The position numbers and the translations under genes were made by a program. From NCBI GenBank assembly GCA_001949185.1, contig BDGG01000002.1, forward strand, positions 3,779,826 through 3,843,825: a stretch of DNA of 64,000 bases, read 5' to 3'. Shown one piece after another: positions 23,301-38,300 of the stretch; position 1 is the stretch's first letter, and every line of letters begins with the position of its first letter. This DNA comes from Ramazzottius varieornatus (Eukaryota; Animalia; Tardigrada). The notes beneath the pieces are model-generated. The model was not told the DNA's origin and searched no databases. It saw only the letters and a list, made by a program, of their open reading frames with translations.

Positions 23301-26300
23301 GTTTCCGTTACCAGTTTTTGCCCCTCATGCAGCTACATACTTCGCGTCGTAGCGAATGTGCTCTTTAGTGTATACAGGTGTCTGTTCAACGCTGCGTTTC
23401 TTCCGAGCATGTCAGGTGGCTAGTTTACATGGTGCCCCTGATTTATAGGATAAGAAGAAGAAACCGCTCATCGAGGAAAACGACTCAGAGTTGGAGCCTG
23501 ACGTGATGGAGCTAGAGATGTCGTTAGTGTCCGGGCAGCTCATCCTGTCTGGGTCCCTCGCTAAAGTCTTCTACCAGCTGAAGGAAAACTACTTCGGCAC
23601 CACTCAAGAACCCAACAACATGGAGAACTCTCTGACAAAGAAGCTCGAAGATCTCGTGAAGAAGACTCTAAATCTGCACGATGCACAAGCCAAGGCTCTT
23701 CACCAACATCCGTTGGAAGTCAATGTCATTGGACACTTCTCCAACACTACATGCCACCTTCTCAAAGTATGCCAAATCTTCAGTCGAATTCCGCTGGTAT
23801 TTCTATGCGTTGTTTTTAGCCTTGTGACTTAAATGATCCGCCATGTCCAAGGATTTTCGCCAAGACCTTAGTTTTAGAGGTGCTGAAGCAGCGAGAAGAG
23901 ACTACGTTGCAGGTGGTGCTAGACACGACCGTGATGGAGATACCAGAAGCCAGCTCGACCGACTACGTCGATCCCATGCAGAACGGGCAGGTTCTGCTGT
24001 CCTTCTTTCAGCTGCGTGGCCATGCCATGTTCTCCGAAGTCGACATGGCTCCAGGTGGAGAAAGTCTCGAATACGGTTGGCTGTTGGACTTCCAGATTGG
24101 CGATGTTGTTTGCCGAGCCAACATTCTCCAGGTAAGAGTGCAAGAAGAATCCATATAATCATGCACAGGATAAGAAGGACTAATATAAAGAGAAGAACCT
24201 GTAGTAGAAGGCAGCATTCGGAAGATCTATGCGGAGAAGACTTTAATCAGGTTGCACTACGGAAGAGGCGTAGAACAAAATACAAGACTTAGTACAACAG
24301 CTATAAACGAATGAATGCGTTCTGCTCCAATACGACACATTTTTCTGTTTCAGGTTCAAAGCCTCGTGTCCAGTTTGAGTGCACTGATTCTGACTGCTGA
24401 CAACTCAGAGGATGAATTTAACCACCCGGAAGTGATGAAGACGTGCATTCACGCCTTGGCACAGCCATTGTGCCTACAGTCTAACCCGACGACCTTGTGT
24501 CCAACCATAGACGACATTAAGTACCGGATGACCAGACTCTCTGTCGATTCATTCCATTTCTACCTAGTCGACAAAGACTCGTTCGCCTACTTCGAGGTAA
24601 GCTGACATTATATTCCGAAATGCACTTCTCTTACGATTTTCCCTGTAGGTTTCGCCCATCTGGTTCTCGACGTGCTCTTTGCGATCAGTTGAGCACGATG
24701 CTGGTATGACACTCCTGATACCGAATTGCACATTGAAGCAGTTCGTCTGGTCACATGTGACACCATTAGCCGACCAAGACGTTTGGATCGAAGCTAGCAG
24801 TTTCAAAGTGGGCTCGCTCCAGATGGACAAGTCTTCCGTGGTGAACGACTCTGTCAGACCGGAGCAACAGTTCGCCTTCCTGAAGCGCCACGACGCTTTG
24901 TCGCACCGACTCCGCTTCCTATGGAGCGACTCTACCTGGTATCACTACTAACATCCTCATCTTAAGAATTGAGACGCGGGCAAATGATGCGAATCAGATC
25001 GTTTTCTCAAGTGGCGCACACTTGCAGCCAGTAACTTCGGAACTGGGCACCATGAGATAAAAATCTGTTTTAGCTCATTTGCCTATGTCCCAGTTGATGT
25101 GTCACGTTACTAAAATTTCTATTCACAGTGGCTGTTATGGTGGGACGGAATTCTTTGGTCGGTCTTTTACACCCGCGACGTGGAAAGGTCTGGCGGAAGT
25201 TCTCGATCTTTCGACGGTGACCAACTCGACTGGCCTTGAAGTGGGTCAAAGGATATTCGAGCTGAACGATGAGAATGTGACACTGGAAATTGTCTCGTTG
25301 GACAATCTTCTGAAGTCCTTCAAGCACGAGCAACATACCACACCGAAACGGAATGGATCCTCACCACAAATAAACGGAACAGGGGGCGCCACAAGTTCGG
25401 CTTCCCAGCAGAAGTCCAGAGGCTCTTGGATACCTAGTGGAAGAAGACCGTCGGTCGGTTCAGTGGAAAGCTTCTACTCTGCATCTGAAAACCAAGACCT
25501 GGCTGAGGTAAGGGCAATCTTTCCGTGTTGAGAAACTGCTGGAAGAAACTGCTGGAAGTCCACTGCTGGAAGTCCACTGCTGGAAGTCCACTGCTGGAAG
25601 TGCAACTTCCCTACCAAAAACTTCTGACTGAGTGTATCCGGAAGGTGTCCAAGCAAATCGGACAAGTAAAGCCGTACTGTAGGTAGGAATCGAACAGTGT
25701 TTGGACTGATTTATATTGCACCTCACAGGAAAATGCCGAGGCATCGTCAGACAGCCCAACCGTGCCCGATCTCCTCAAAGACCTCGACCGGGTTTCTGTC
25801 GCAGCTCTCTCGCAGACAGTTTCCCAAACAACGATCTCAACCATCTCGATGGCACCCGACTTCGCTGACCGAAGTGTGTCGTCGGCTCCAGTAACTTCCA
25901 GTTTTCCCGTCAACCTTCACGCCCAGCTGTCGAAGCGCACACAAGAGTCCCCGCTCTTCATGTCGGGTTACGTGCCTCAAGTCCCACTCTGGCAACGCGG
26001 TATCATTAACGTTACAGTTCTAGCTAGCGACAATGACGTCAGTGGCTCCATACCGAAGTTTTCGTTCTACTTGCCCAACTTTCAGCAAGTCAAAGGCGGC
26101 CTGGACGTCTCCGGCGCATTCCGTCCCAAATCAGGTTAGGAAGAAAGTTACCCGCGGCCATTTCGATTTTTGAATCCGTCAAAAATTTTCAAATTGTCGC
26201 AACAGTACTCAATATGGCTCAAAAGAGTAGCGAACCCTATTTTTGAAGTAACTTGTGTAATCGGCTCAACGGAACAGGTCGCAAGTTTTGGGTGTACGCG

Positions 26301-29300
26301 TTTGCCTGATCCGTCAATCTTCTCCATAGTACTCCGTCTTACTACGATTGGTTGGTGTGATAGGCTCCTCAGCAAAGCCCGTTCGAGCGCAACTCTTCCC
26401 TCGTCACTACAAGCACCAAGTCTCCACCTCCTCCACGCGCGCAAACAGGTTCGTGGATTTTGGCATCGGTAAGGAAGCGCCGTCCGTCGCACCGAGTCGT
26501 CCCGCAAGAACCGACATTCGCATCGTCGGCTCAACGGACCTGATGGTGACACCCATATCATGTGACGCACTACTCCCTATGGTCGAGTCACTCTGCACCT
26601 ACGTTTCGAAGCTTCGTCCTTCAGCGTTTCTCAACGGATCCTACGCTGACTGTGTCAATACAGCCAAACGACACCACAAGTTCCATGAAGACAAGATCCT
26701 GATGGCAAAGATTGCTGAGCATCTGGCGGCTGGACCGGTGGAGAAGAAGCCGAAGGGGAAGAAGCCATGGTTGTCGGTTCCGCAATCGCCACTTCCGCGT
26801 GACGCCGAGTTTAGGTTTTCCGGGGTCAATTCTGGAAACAGTTCGGGCGTGACTGGTGGAAAGGCGGGAGAAACAGTGGTACCGCCTTCGACGACCGCAG
26901 GTCATTTCTTGTTTGGAGACGTGTCGTGGATGGAGAAGGAGGAAGTTAATGAACAGTTTTCGTTCAATGTTGATCAGGTGAGTTCATCTACAAGAGTGGA
27001 AAAATTGTGGAAAACTGGTTGAATTCGATTTGGTTGTGGATCTTCCACCGTAGAGAGTTCTTACAGCGATTACACTTTGCCTTAGAACCTCAACTGTCTC
27101 AAATCAGGTGGATATCTGATATCTTCTGTTTAGGTGAATATCGTGACGCTACAGTGCGGTATCGTGGAAGAGATCGTTCAGACCAAGGACCTCAGTAGCC
27201 CGCGCGACTTGATCGGGGTATCGGCTTTGACCTGCAGTCTCCGTTCACTCTCCGCAGCATGGACTCGACATGGTACCGTCACGAACTCCGCTAAGATCTT
27301 CACGGACCGCCGAACCAGTCGCCCGTTGGCCAAACCATCAAGCAAAACTCCGGTTATCCAGCTCTCGCCATTGAGTGGCATCTTCGACTTACCGGACATC
27401 GTGGGTGCTGATTCTACGGTAGATATAGTGACGGACAGCCTGTTGCATATTTCAGTGCAAGCGTGTCATGCGCAGCTGAGGCGGTTAAGGCATTCGGAGA
27501 TATGGCGTACTGCGCGGATCACGTGTATAACGGAAAGTAAGTCCGCAGTATGGTTCCAGTACAACCCGAAGCAGTCTCCGGTAGATGACACGTCGCCGTA
27601 CAAAAGAATGTTCCATGACATGACCGGTACCGACCAGACGGGCTTTATCGTCCTCGAAATGGGCGTTGACGACCTCAAGGTACAAGTGCGCAAATTCTGG
27701 TTTCTCAAAACTCAGGACTGGAGTTTTGTTGTGTAGATTGAAGGTGGTGGAAGGACGGAGAACGAAGAACATCTCAACGATGGCCTCCTGTCCGATCGGC
27801 CGGCACAACCGACCGAGCCATTACGAGCTTCGACTCCAAAGAAAGACAAGCCAATGAAGACAGGTAACGACGCCGAGGACAGCAGTCGTCATTCCGGAAG
27901 CTCCATCAACACCTTCATCGAACACCCCAGCGAAGAGAACCTTGGCATCCGCCAGTTCTCACCGGAAGTCGGCTTCAAACTTAGCGCTTCTCTGGGCAAC
28001 GTTTGGCTGAACTGCCCCACCCCGTCCAAAAAGGCCACAGCCGAACGTACTCAAGGACCAAACGGTAATTTTTAGCAGTGATAAAATTATTTTTTCTCTT
28101 GGGAATCGAGATAGGTGCATTTTCCACATCTTGCCATGATTTTCTTATTTCCAGCTATCGACACTAGTCAGTTCCGCGGTTTCACCCGCCTCGACTGGCA
28201 TTTCCTCAGCACAGCTAACCCTATCGTCGATGCCTGGTTGTACCCACTCGACAGGACCAGCGTGGCTTTCAAAGCAATGAGCGCCACCCAGCACAAAAAC
28301 GACATCATCCTGGCTTCGTACTTCCTCATAGTGGCGGTGAATGACCACATCCTACCGAAACCAACCAAAGTCAAGCAAAACAGACATAGCCTGATGGCTA
28401 GAGTTCTCCAAGAAGACTGCTGCTGTCGGTTGGCGAGAATCCTACAGAGGCATGGTCTGGCCTTGTCACCGAAAGATATCGAGCATGCGTTCAACAGAGA
28501 ACTGATGCCGCCGACCGACGTACTGGAGAAAAGCATCCACGTCTTGCTGAAACAGCTAAGGTATCTCATTCTCGGGCCTCTATTCACGTGAAAAAATCTT
28601 AGTTTAGTTTTATGGAATCTGGAAGCGCGGGTCGACGAAATCGACCAGATGTTTCCCCAAGTGGCGCACGTTCGCATTTATATTGGATGGCCATCGTGCG
28701 TCATGTTGGAAACCGATCTGGCCTAGCATGTCTGCCAACTAATGCCGGGCTCTTATCTAATACGTAAGATGAACATTCTTTTAGATACACGCCGTTCGCG
28801 AGGGTTCTGTTGGAGCCACAGTTTCTGACGCAGAAATTCAAGTCAAAGTTCAAGCCGCCACAAAGGGATCCTGGCACGATGGACAACAGCGTGTTAGGGC
28901 TGGCGGATGAAACCTACGGTGACGACACGTTCTTTGAGGGCGAGAGACCACCCGAAGCCATCAAGCATCCCGACTCACCATATCCCCCGCTGGAACAAGA
29001 CTTGAACGCGTGGTTGGACGAAGAGAAAGCGAAGGGTGCCACTTTGTCGAACAGAAGGGCGCTGAACACGAGTGCCGGAACGCGTCCGGTCGATCTCGGA
29101 GATCTAAACGAAGATAGCGACTCACCTTTGGAAGATGTCGAGAACGGAAACAGCCTTGGGCGGCAGGTACGAAAACCAAAACTGATACGAAATGAACATT
29201 TTCGAGTCTCCCTACTGGATGAAACCAACTTCATCGAAATTTTCAGCCAGCCATTGTACTTCCTACTTCCTGATTCTGAATTTTTTCTACAGGGAAGTGT

Positions 29301-32300
29301 GGAAAATATCTTCAAGCCGATCTTAAGTCAGCTCGGTCTACAAAAGCGCAGCAAGGTGTCCTTCCTAAAACGGCTCATCGGCTTCCACGTCAGTCTCAGC
29401 GGTCGAATCGAGTCAGCCCAGATCTCGTTGGTCGAGTCAGTGGACTTCAGCCAGATGAACCTGCCTACCCTCCGCAGAGACACGAGCGGCGGAAGGATCA
29501 ACGCGCTGAAGTGTAAGCAGATCACGGTGACGTTAGAAGCCCTGCTGGACATTCCAGTCCGGTACTTAGACCTGTTCGTGCCAGACTATCAAGAACGGCT
29601 GGTACTGTCGACTCGACTGAACAGGGTATCGGTCGTGACGTACAAGTTCGACATGGCCGATGTGGCGAAGACCGTCAGTATGCCTTTGTTAAGGTTGTTG
29701 GCGCAAATCGGGGCGGTGATATCGAGCATGCACAGAGTCAACGCTGAACTGAAGAAGAAGGAAGAGATGGACAAGAAGGGCCATAAGAAAACTGACTCAA
29801 CTTCCACCAGCGGCTCTGGAACTTCTCGGTACGATTCGGTCGTTTTCAAGAATTCCTGTAGGCGAAATAATTCAAAAACAATAATCCGACAGGAAAGTCG
29901 AATGTGGTAAACGGGACCTAGCCAGACAAACTCGACAAGATGGTTTTCCAAGTGGCGCCCTTCTCGTCAATAACAATGAAACGTGTGACACATGGAGAAA
30001 CAACGATGTTGTGATGACTCAATAATATCGTTTTTCTATTCGGCGCATATCGTCGGTGTTCTTGGTTGAAAGTGTGCGCCACTTCGAAAACAATCTGGTC
30101 AGGCTTGCCTGCCGAGCTTCCAATAACATAAACGAAATTTTTCTTTCACAGTGAGTGACTATACTACATATCGATGTTTTTTCCAGGTCGGATTCGCCCG
30201 GTCAGCCGCGGCCCCATGGCCAGGAAAACTACATGGACTTCATCGCTGCAGAGTCGTCTCAGCATTGGAAGGACTTGATGAACCTGATGGCGCTGTATGA
30301 AAAGCCGACAGATTTTCAGGTGATTGACGAGACGAAGAAGCAGCAGCGACCAAACCGGTCCTTGAGCTTCAGCAAGACCAAGCTACCCGGGAGGACTAAA
30401 AGTCGGTCCATGTCATTCCGAAGGAAGAAACGGCAAGGAAGCGACAATGTCTCGTCGTCTGGCGCGGAATCGGAGGAGACACCTGAAGCGTCGAACGGTA
30501 ACAAGCGCGTCGTCATGAGCGAGCTGAGCGACATTGAGAGTGATGACGAGCAGGAGGAACGGGAGGAAGTACCGTCGTCCAGAAGTGTGATAGACGCTCT
30601 TGTTCAACGACGCCTGAAGAAAACAAACAGTATGTGAATACTGATTACCGAACAGTATGTTAATACAAGAGTACGACAAAATAAACCGTTAAAAATGGGT
30701 GTTGGATGGAGCCAGATGGCTAAAGCCAATGAAATTTGCGCATACAGCGAAACCTAATGCTCATTGGCTAAGTGGTAAGTAAGCTCCAGCTGGAGTGTTA
30801 CGCCCATTTTTAACGGTTAATTTTGTCGTACACTGTACATACCAATGTTATGCGTTACTTTGACACTGAAGGCAGGGATCATGAGCTCCCATGTCCTGCT
30901 AAATCGGAATGTATCTCGTGACGTGTGAGGAAGTAGCCGTTGTTTTTGAAGAAGGTGAACATGGTACGCAGTCAAACTTCTTCGCTCAATAACATGGGTC
31001 ATCAAGTCACCTCCGTTCTTCCTTTCGGTGGCGCCGGTAGCGAAAGCGGATGTCCGGCTGCTTACTTCACTTGCAGTTTTGCACGTTGCGTTTTCGCTGA
31101 CGGTCATCCGCATCCGCTACTGACGACACCCGAAAGGAAGAACGCAGGTTCAAATGAATATAGTCCATTGGGTGAAGAAGTTTAAGGCAGTGGTTTCCGT
31201 TTTCAGACCAGTTTTCGTACTCGTCCGAGTCCCCGAAATGAAGTTCATCGGATATCGGTAGACAAGAAAACGTTTACAAGAATTTAATCACAAATTCTAA
31301 ATGAGGTGCCGACTGGCGATTGCCGATGAAGTGGATAGCCCAAGTTGTTTCGTACTGTGTGAGCCAATGGTAAAATGGTCTCATTTTATTTTGCAGAATA
31401 CGGAACGCGGGTTGTCGTATCAGGAATGGCATCCGTGCGGCGACTAACTTTCGACGCATCCCTTCGCGGTCTCCACTTCCAAGCGGGTCTGAGCTCCCTG
31501 TCTCTCAATCACAACTTCACAGTACGCAAGTCCCGGTCGAACCGCCTTGACGAGTCGTTCTACCACCTGCGCACTGGTCAGCTTTCTGTCCAGCTGATTC
31601 AGAAGATGGGACAGGAGCAACAAGGACAGCTGTACCTCGCTATCGGCCTCGGCGCTTCTCAGGTCGCCTTCTCGTCTCTTCTGCGGAACCAGAAGACTCT
31701 AGGCCAGCGCTCGGTGAACGTTCGGCTGGGCGAACTTCACTTCTCCGTTCCACACCACCCCATCACGCTGCATTCCATGGTGGTCCGAGGCGCCGAAGAC
31801 TTGACCGACGCCATTGACGACCTGAAAAACACAGCCGGATTCCGAGCGTGAGTTTCGTCCGGTCCATCGTTCTTTCTTTCCGAGAGATTTGGGTGCTGTC
31901 TTACTTTCCTAAATTTTACATTCTTCTACAATTTATCTTCAATTATTATCGTCGTTTCTAGAGAAGCTAGCGATGATTCCAAATCGAGCCTTCCATCTGC
32001 GACGTCCAAATCAACGCTTCAGCAAGAGAGGCCCGCAAGCGCCGTGGCTTTGGGCAAACATCCGATTCGGACGACCCTTTGGTTGAAGAAGCTCATCGTC
32101 ACGGCTGCTCCTCTACCTTCTCTGGAAGGGAACTACGAGGTGCCTTTCCGTTCACTTCCCTGGAAGAATTTCTCGAGCAATGGTTTTATGATCGCTCGTT
32201 CTTCAGGTTACGAAGCTGCTGGCTTACGGTACGATCGGCGACGTGGCCATCATCCACACCGAGTTCAACCAACAAGACCTCATCTTCAAGTCGACGAGCG

Positions 32301-35300
32301 AAGAAATCGAGTCCGTAGCCAAGTTCCAGCTGCCTTCCCTGTACTTGAAGACATCGTATGAGCCGATTGCGCCTGTCAAAGTGGCTACGCAAGTAGGTGG
32401 TCCGATCGTCGAGTTCAACACCGAAAGGGCGTTATATGTGACGGCGAAGGCTGGTTCGCCTGATTACACGTTCGGTACAGAAGCCCTGAAGTACACGGTG
32501 CTCTTCCAGAAAGTCTTCATGCGAGAAATCGAAGAGGTATGTAAACCGTGGAGAATTTCGCTGAGGCATTTTCTTTCCTGTAGATTGACTGTGAAAATGC
32601 AACTACTCCATGTGCTTTAACGTCCGAAAATCTGGTGATGCTGTTAACTGAAATCAGTACAACAACATTTTTCTAAAACTCGTTCTAGGTGTTGGACACG
32701 CTATCGCAGCCGATAACCCACGCAGTGTCCAAGACTCCAGTGGCTCCTACTAAGCGGCGGATGGTCCTTCCTTTCTTCTACCAGATCAACCTCCAGCAAG
32801 ACGGAATCCGTATAACCGGGACAACACCGACGAGCAGTGCTGTCAGGCTGGAGATCGACAAGACCGCCGTCTTCGTGTCGAACATACCACGAGGAGCCGC
32901 GCCTCTGACGCTGGAAGAAGTGAATCACGTTGTCGTCTCCGTCCAAGTCGACCTTGGTAAGACCACAGTCTCATCAGTCAGCCTTTTCTGCCATGAAATT
33001 TGCTCTTCTCAGGGATCAACCTTGGTCAGCTCGTACAGGGTGAGCAGCAAATGTACGAAGAAGCCCAACCAGACTTCCAGCCTTACGCTCACTTCCGGAC
33101 AAGAATGACTTTTACGAACTACGGGGACGGACCTCTGGAAGCACTTCTTCACGGCTATGACGAACGCATACGTCGAAAGCGCATCGTGGCCCACCTCAGC
33201 CAGCCTCGCATCTACCTGCAGCCACGAGCAGTAGATATGGCCGTCATTTTTTACATCAACTACAAGAATGCTTACGAATACTGGCAAGAACAACGTCACG
33301 GTAATCTGGAAGTTCGACAACAAACTAGACAGAACTCTTTACCAACGTGGCGGATGTTTTCAGTATAATTGGCTGATAGCGTGCACCACTGGAAAAATTC
33401 GATCTTGTTGAGTTTGTTACCGATCGTTGTTACACCTTCATCTTTTAAGGTAATTAATTTGAAATTGTCTCAACAGGAGCTTCAGGTCGCACGCCGTCGA
33501 GGACTAGGAAAGCCCAAGGCCACCTCCAACAGGTCGTCGCCCAAAGAGCCAGTCAAGCCATCCAGGAAAGTATCTACGTCCTCGAACTCTTCATCTCTCA
33601 GATGTATGTCTGCATGCCGCTGCCAACCAGTGCGATGAAGAACACTAACAGCAGTGACCGAGACAGCATCGATATGGCTCTGCTGATCTCATTGGACAGG
33701 ACCAAAGTCAGAGCCGTGCTGGCACAGTCTATCATCACTTCAGGGACATTCGACCTGTTCAGACTATGTTTCACAGAAGACCGTGGACCGTACTACGACT
33801 ATACAGGAAGACAGGATGACTTTACGAACTACTGCTTCGTGCCCAAAGGTTGGTAAATAATTTAAACCAGATTGTTATCTCAAGTGGCGCACGTTTCGGT
33901 TGTCATTGGCGGAAAGTGTGCGCCACTTGGGTAAGTCAAACCGTCTGGTTCAAATCATTCGCCCACTTCCCGAGGGTTCAACTGCCAATTTTTGGTATAA
34001 AGTGACCGAAGACATCTGTAGAAAAATCTCATGTGAGAGTGCTAGATTTTGAGTTGAACTTCGATGAAGTGTACCGAGAAGCAATGATCGAACAGGACAC
34101 TCCCAAAAAATCAAGTTCGTTACGTTGAAATTGTTTTGGCTCTCCGTAGGGTATGTGGAAGTGACGTCCAGGACGACGAAGAAAGAGGCCTCTGAAAGTG
34201 GACTTCCGAAGTGGGATCTCTACTTCAAGTGGGACATGAACGGCATCGAGATGCACATGGACCCTTCCATCGGCAAGATCGTCTCGAACCTCTCTGACGC
34301 CATGACGCTTTTTACCGGTGAGGATACCGAAGCTTCCAGCGAAAACAATCCTGATGAAGTCTTCAAGCCAAAGCAAGGAAAAGGCAGGACTCGTCTCATG
34401 GAGAAACACATGCAGATGCACGCCAAGATAGTCAGCGAGCTCAAAAGCGAAGGGGCGTCTCAACAGGACATTCAGACCGAAGCGGAAAAGTTGAAGCGAA
34501 TCGAGCAAGGTAAGGATCCGTCTTTGGCCAGGGAATTGTTCCGAATGCCGGTTGATTTTTCTTTAGGTATCGTCCACGAAATTCGACGGGACTTGGTCAG
34601 TCGTATTCGGCAGAAGAGCATGAGTTCGAGAGGATCGCTGTCTGACTACCGGGCGCATCGACGGACTAGTTCAACGCCACACGAAGACCTCTCTCCTGCC
34701 ACACCGGACCCAGAGTCGGCGCACGGAAGGACATTCTCGGCGGATGTGAACAGATCGAAAACTCAATTGGCCACTCCGCCTTTGTAAGTCTGTGAACAAT
34801 GGAAATTGCGTAGAAAAGTCCCAGTGTCAGCAGCCTCCATTGCGGCTTGGTCTGGCGTGTCGCCGTTATTCAATCTTTCAATCATCACCTCAAATGGTCA
34901 AAATGTATCAAGTAATAGTCAGAAGGCTTAACACAGATATCGCTCCTTTTTCCTTTCAGGTTGGTGACACCGGTAATAACACGTGTAGAGGCTGTCAAAG
35001 AAGAACCAACTTCCCCGCGTTCTTCCGCACCAGAAGCCGAGCAAGCCTTCGACTTTGACTTCACGGTCCTGATCAATATTGAAAGTGGCCACTGCGTATT
35101 CTACTCCGCCGCCGACAAAGACAAGAAAAAGAACGTACAGAACAGCGCATCATCAGCCGATGTCTCCTCGCAGAACGCTTCGCCCACCCGTCGACCTAGC
35201 GAGCTCTCCAGTCGACGGAGCAACCTTACACCTTGCTGTACCCTACACATACCCGGTGTCAATCTAGAGATGCAGTATGAATCTGATGGCGGTGGTACAG

Positions 35301-38300
35301 CTCAAGGAAGCACGGTAAAGTCCTCACCGGAAGTTAGGGCGCCGAGACTGGGAGTGGTTGCCTCGAGGCAGTCGATGGGCATCTCTCTTGACAGCGAACC
35401 AAAAAAACCCGCCGGTAAGAAATTTCACATCGGTACGTGGCTCTCTTGGTTTGGAATGATATCGTATTGGAATTCTTTCTGCAGTAAAAAAGAAGGGGAA
35501 TTTATTCGCTACGTTCAATCTGGAAAGCATTCCAGCGGAAACGGTGCTCAACCCTCAGCTGCTGGACTTCATCGAGCAGACACTCGAGCCTATCCCGATT
35601 GTAGCGATACAAAGTACGCTGTCCAAGGATCAGCAAGCGAGTCTTCAGGATAGCAAGTTAGAAACGGACACGGCTACCCAGAGTAAGTCTAATGTAAATG
35701 AAAGCATACGAACTCGACAAGATTGTTTTCGGAGGTGGCGCATATGTCCAGTATCGTCGACGTTGCACGTGCGCCACTTGGAAAAGCCATCTTGTGAAAT
35801 TTATTTGCGTAGGTAATTGATGTAGTTGAACGCTGTTCGATTTCTTTCATCATAGGTGAGGCACCGTGGGATGTGGAAGCCGCAATGGAGTCTTTCCCAG
35901 TGGACATTTTCATCCTCTTCATGATGAACTCGACCAAGATCCGCTGCAGCTGCCTCCCAACCTCCAAAGTCGAAGGCGTCTTGACTCTCCCTTCACTGAG
36001 CATGATGTTGTCGACGCGGAAAACCAACGTGGTGGAGAAGATAAAGGCGAATCAGGAAAGCGGAACTGGCCGGCCAGTGTTAGAAGCGTTAGACAAGCTA
36101 CTTCATGGAAGTATCGACGCAGAGGACCTGAACTTCCCGGAGCTGATGGAGAACTACGAGCAGCATGCTGGTATGGGACTCTTTGGAAACCTCTCTGGGT
36201 TTTCGTTGGTTATTTACCATCCATATGGTACGGCGATGGAACCGACGTACTACGATGCTGGCGTCGAACGAAACGGTAAAAGCTGCTCTAAACAGACCAT
36301 TGTGAACTGGTTTTGAATTTCTCTACGGTAGATCATAGGTGGCTGCGCAATAGAATCTTCAGACCAGTACCTGGCTGTAAGAAGTGACAGCGTCAGGTAG
36401 CCACTCGACTGCCGATCGCCGTCGAGCATGCNNNNNNNNNNNNNNNNNNNNNNNNNNNNNNNNNNNNNNNNNNNNNNNNNNAGATTCTATTGCACCGCCA
36501 CCCATGCGGTGGATTAAGTTTACGCGCTATGGATAATCTTCATGATCGAGCCAGACCCAGCTGTTGAAACCCCAGTTTTTACCAGTATTTCACCATTGAA
36601 GTCAGTTGTAGCTATTTCTTTTTCTTGTAGTGAAACCAGGTAATGCGTCGCATGGAATGCCAGACAAGCGCGAGCTGGTCCGCTTGGAGCTCGACCGACT
36701 TCACATCGAGATAGTCCGCTCGAAGTGCATGATCGAGGACTCATCACTGCAGACAGCCAAAACAGCTGCGCAACAAACCGCCAACAGCATTGAGTTTTCC
36801 GCCAATGTCTCCATCGGAAAGACTACCTTCTGGTACGACTTGCGCCGGCTCGGTGAAATCCTCGCCTTCCCGAAAGCTTGGTACCGTCGGTCCATCGCAC
36901 GACGGTTCTTCTTGGGAGAAGAAGCCGCCGAGACGCAGAGCACAACGTCTTCTGGCTCAGTCGACACTATAAGGTCAGTTTATGGAAATTTTTACCACAG
37001 TCAAATCATGATCTCAAAAAACGTAAAATAAGATCTTCCTAAAATGATTTCAGTATGGTCGTTTTCCCAAGTGGCGTACATTTGCCGTCGTCAGCAGTAG
37101 AAACGTGCGCCACTTGAGGTAACGATACTGTTTAGTCCATTTGTCGACGTTCCAAATAGAGAAACCTGTCAGCAAATCGATTTGCTTGTTTTTGAGTGTA
37201 GTCGGGAGGATGACCTGAAGCCTGGTGAGGTCGATCGATCAGCCAGTCCAAATGTTAGGGCCAAACTTGAGAAGAAAGACAAGGATAAAGCCGACAAGAC
37301 AACAAAAGATGTGGTCCTACCCTGGAAGACTCTGGTCCTCGTCACGTTCAAGGTCTCCGCATTGGATTTCAACGTCAACATGGGTAACATAATGGGCAAC
37401 ACGGTGCTGCTAGTCGATGACATCAACTGCGTGGCCAGGTTCTCAGCTGCCAGTGATGGTCATTCAGACGTGTTTGCCTGTATCGTGGCCAGCAACGTGG
37501 ACTTGAACAGCCGAGGAGGCGTGGTTGGTGGAGTCTCCCACTGGAGAAAAGCTCAAATTTACGGTAAACCTGACACTAAAACATTTATCTTAACATACCT
37601 TTCGGAAAGCCCGTACAAGTCACTAGAGCTGTTTTTCGGTGTGTTAGGCCGTATTAGGAACGAACGAGGAGCGCCACCTATGCATGCTTTTGGATGCCAG
37701 ATGCACGCTGCTGAAAGCCGGCTGGAATACATGGGCGCAGTCAGCGCTCTGGCGCGAATGAGCAAGATGTCGGTCAGAGTAAGGGATATTTGGGCACTCC
37801 AAGCTGGTGGATACCGAGGGTAAGAGAATCACATCTCAGTTTGTAAGGGTCAACTGCCGAGCCCGCTCTTTGTAGGGGACCGAAGCTGACTTCCTGTGTG
37901 AACTTTTCCTGGGACCAAATGCAAGTGATAATCTGTAGTGCCTCGACGTCCCATGTAGTCAAGTCCATTGTCCGAGTAACCGAGTTCTTTGAGGAACAAT
38001 TGAAGAGTAGTCGGCAGTTCATGTCTACGCTGAACTTTACTGGGGCTGTGGTGAACCGAAGAAGAAGTTCGCTGTCTCGGACCAAAGAATCCACAGGTAA
38101 TACTTTACTGATCTGGGAATATTCCATGAATATGGAAATAAAATTTAACTGGGGATATTTGTAGCGACGCCGCTGGAGTCTCGGTTCCATCGGAACTGGC
38201 AGAAGCCTCTGGAGTTTCTTTCTGGCTACCGTCTGCAGAACGTCCCTATGGCTCCCTTCCCCGAACGAGGTGGCGTCCTGAAAGGCGATGTCCAGATGAA

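Noticed and set aside
25533-25600. Tandem repeats as a CRISPR-like array
   Set aside because: No spacers, eukaryotic intron, no cas genes.
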